Below are positions 26,193 through 27,258 of a DNA stretch of 27,258 bases, in pieces. The notes under the pieces are model-generated. The model saw nothing but the letters and a program-made list of their open reading frames with translations. It did not search any database and was not told where the DNA came from. This DNA comes from a virus (lineage: Duplodnaviria; Caudoviricetes), in IMG/VR virus record IMGVR_UViG_3300040985_001450, positions 1-27,258 of that record; one strand, written 5' to 3'. Position 1 is the first letter of the stretch. Every line of letters starts with the position of its first letter. The position numbers and the translations under genes are program-made.

Positions 26193-26615
26193 ATGATTAT
26201 CGATGCAGAAACAGAGTTCAGTGACGCGCAAGCCCTCACCACTACGGAAGTGGGCGACAACGTCATGGACCTCATCAACACATACGGAGACATAGGAGTC
26301 GGCGAAGAAATCATCGTCGAGTTCAGTGTCCCCGTCGCTCTTACTGGCGGAACGTCCGTCACGTTTGAGATCGTCAACGACGACAACGCGTCTCTCTCGT
26401 CTCCAGCAGTCATCGCAACCTCAGAAGCAATTCTGTCGGCTACGCTGGTCGCCGGATACAAGCAGCGACTAACCATCCCTGCGGGCGCTACACAGCAGCG
26501 CTACCTGGGTGTCCAGTACACCATCGCGGGAACGTACAGCGCCGGATCGATCGACGCGTATGTGATCTCGCCTGGACCTGTTGACGAACCCGAGACTTAC
26601 CTCGGACAGGTTTAA
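26193..26615 (+). CDS. Capsid cement/decoration protein (Bbp16-like)
   Basis: MIIDAETEFSDAQALT...QRYLGVQYTIAG...AGSIDA; follows the major capsid gene. Confidence 0.85.
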   Translation: MIIDAETEFSDAQALTTTEVGDNVMDLINTYGDIGVGEEIIVEFSVPVALTGGTSVTFEIVNDDNASLSSPAVIATSEAILSATLVAGYKQRLTIPAGATQQRYLGVQYTIAGTYSAGSIDAYVISPGPVDEPETYLGQV

Positions 26616-26650
26616 CCCGCTAACACAGCGCAACATGGAGGAATAGAGAA

Positions 26651-27154
26651 ATGGCTAAAGCCGCACAACGCAAAGCACCGACGAAGAAGAAAGCAGCGGT
26701 CAGCAAGAAGGCTGCCACACGGCAGACCGGACCGAAGACTGCTGCTGAGGAGTTCAGTGAGGAGATGGGTGTTCAGGAGCCTGTCGAGGAAGAAGTCGAA
26801 GAAGAACTCGAGGAAGAACTCGAGGACGACGACGACTTGGACCTCGATGCACCTGGAGACGTGATTCCGATCGACGGCTCCGATCCCGAAGACGTAGACG
26901 AGAGTCTTCTCGTTGAGAGCTTCGAGACGAACTGCGTGTATCAGTCGAAAGTGAAGCCACCAGGAGAACGGTTCTACCTCATCAAGGAGTCGCACTTCGA
27001 CCCTCAAATGATGGTGTGGGTGAATCGTGACAACCGGAAGCACCGCTCTCGACGTAAATTCAAGCAGCGAGCAACGCGTGGAACCTTCCGCGACGCCATG
27101 CAAGAACTGGCGACCGGTGGGGGAGGCGATAGCCGAGACGAGCCTCTCTCGTAG
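26651..27154 (+). CDS. Hypothetical protein with a basic N-tail and an acidic tract
   Basis: GGAGG SD; 167 aa. Confidence 0.7.
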   Translation: MAKAAQRKAPTKKKAAVSKKAATRQTGPKTAAEEFSEEMGVQEPVEEEVEEELEEELEDDDDLDLDAPGDVIPIDGSDPEDVDESLLVESFETNCVYQSKVKPPGERFYLIKESHFDPQMMVWVNRDNRKHRSRRKFKQRATRGTFRDAMQELATGGGGDSRDEPLS

Positions 27155-27210
27155 TCGGCCTGTTGTTGGCTGCGAGCCGTAGATGCAAGTCTGCGGGTGT
27201 ATGCGATACG

Positions 27211-27240
27211 GCCGGTGGAGGGGTAACAGCCTCCACCGGC
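27211..27240. other. Strong GC hairpin upstream of the next RBS
   Basis: GCCGGTGGAGG-8nt-CCTCCACCGGC; no U-tract; followed by AGGAGAATAGA. Confidence 0.7.
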
Positions 27241-27258
27241 TGACAGGAGAATAGATAC

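Noticed and set aside
348-27103. Long minus-strand ORFs (e.g. 9919-10992, 24931-26124, 2554-3369) and alternate-frame plus ORFs (e.g. 1413-1964, 24273-24938)
   Set aside because: These are shadows of well-supported + strand genes in GC-rich DNA, with no motifs or RBS support.

Overview
This window is part of a GC-rich, tailed dsDNA phage with short-tailed (podovirus-like, BPP-1/epsilon15-type) structural genes and lambdoid-style replication genes. All credible genes are on the + strand. The order is: 3' part of a very large internal virion protein, a tail fiber with a 51-bp His-rich tandem repeat, an AT-richer receptor-binding cassette, membrane/holin genes, and a terminator. A sigma70-type promoter with operator-like repeats then precedes a DUF1580-like HTH gene (suggesting a Planctomycetota host), an ERF recombinase, a nucleotidyltransferase, SSB, a DUF1376 replication initiator with internal iterons, nucleases and a Holliday junction resolvase. 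After a tRNA-like RNA and a second promoter come an M15 peptidase endolysin, terminases, portal, scaffold, major capsid and cement proteins. The most striking unexplained element is a tRNA-shaped RNA at 17980-18094. It keeps a recognisable tRNA core but has two hairpins inserted in its D-loop, a helix replacing the anticodon loop and an incomplete CCA end, and the same genome encodes a CCA-adding-enzyme-like nucleotidyltransferase. All family assignments come from motif recognition by eye; no searches were run.
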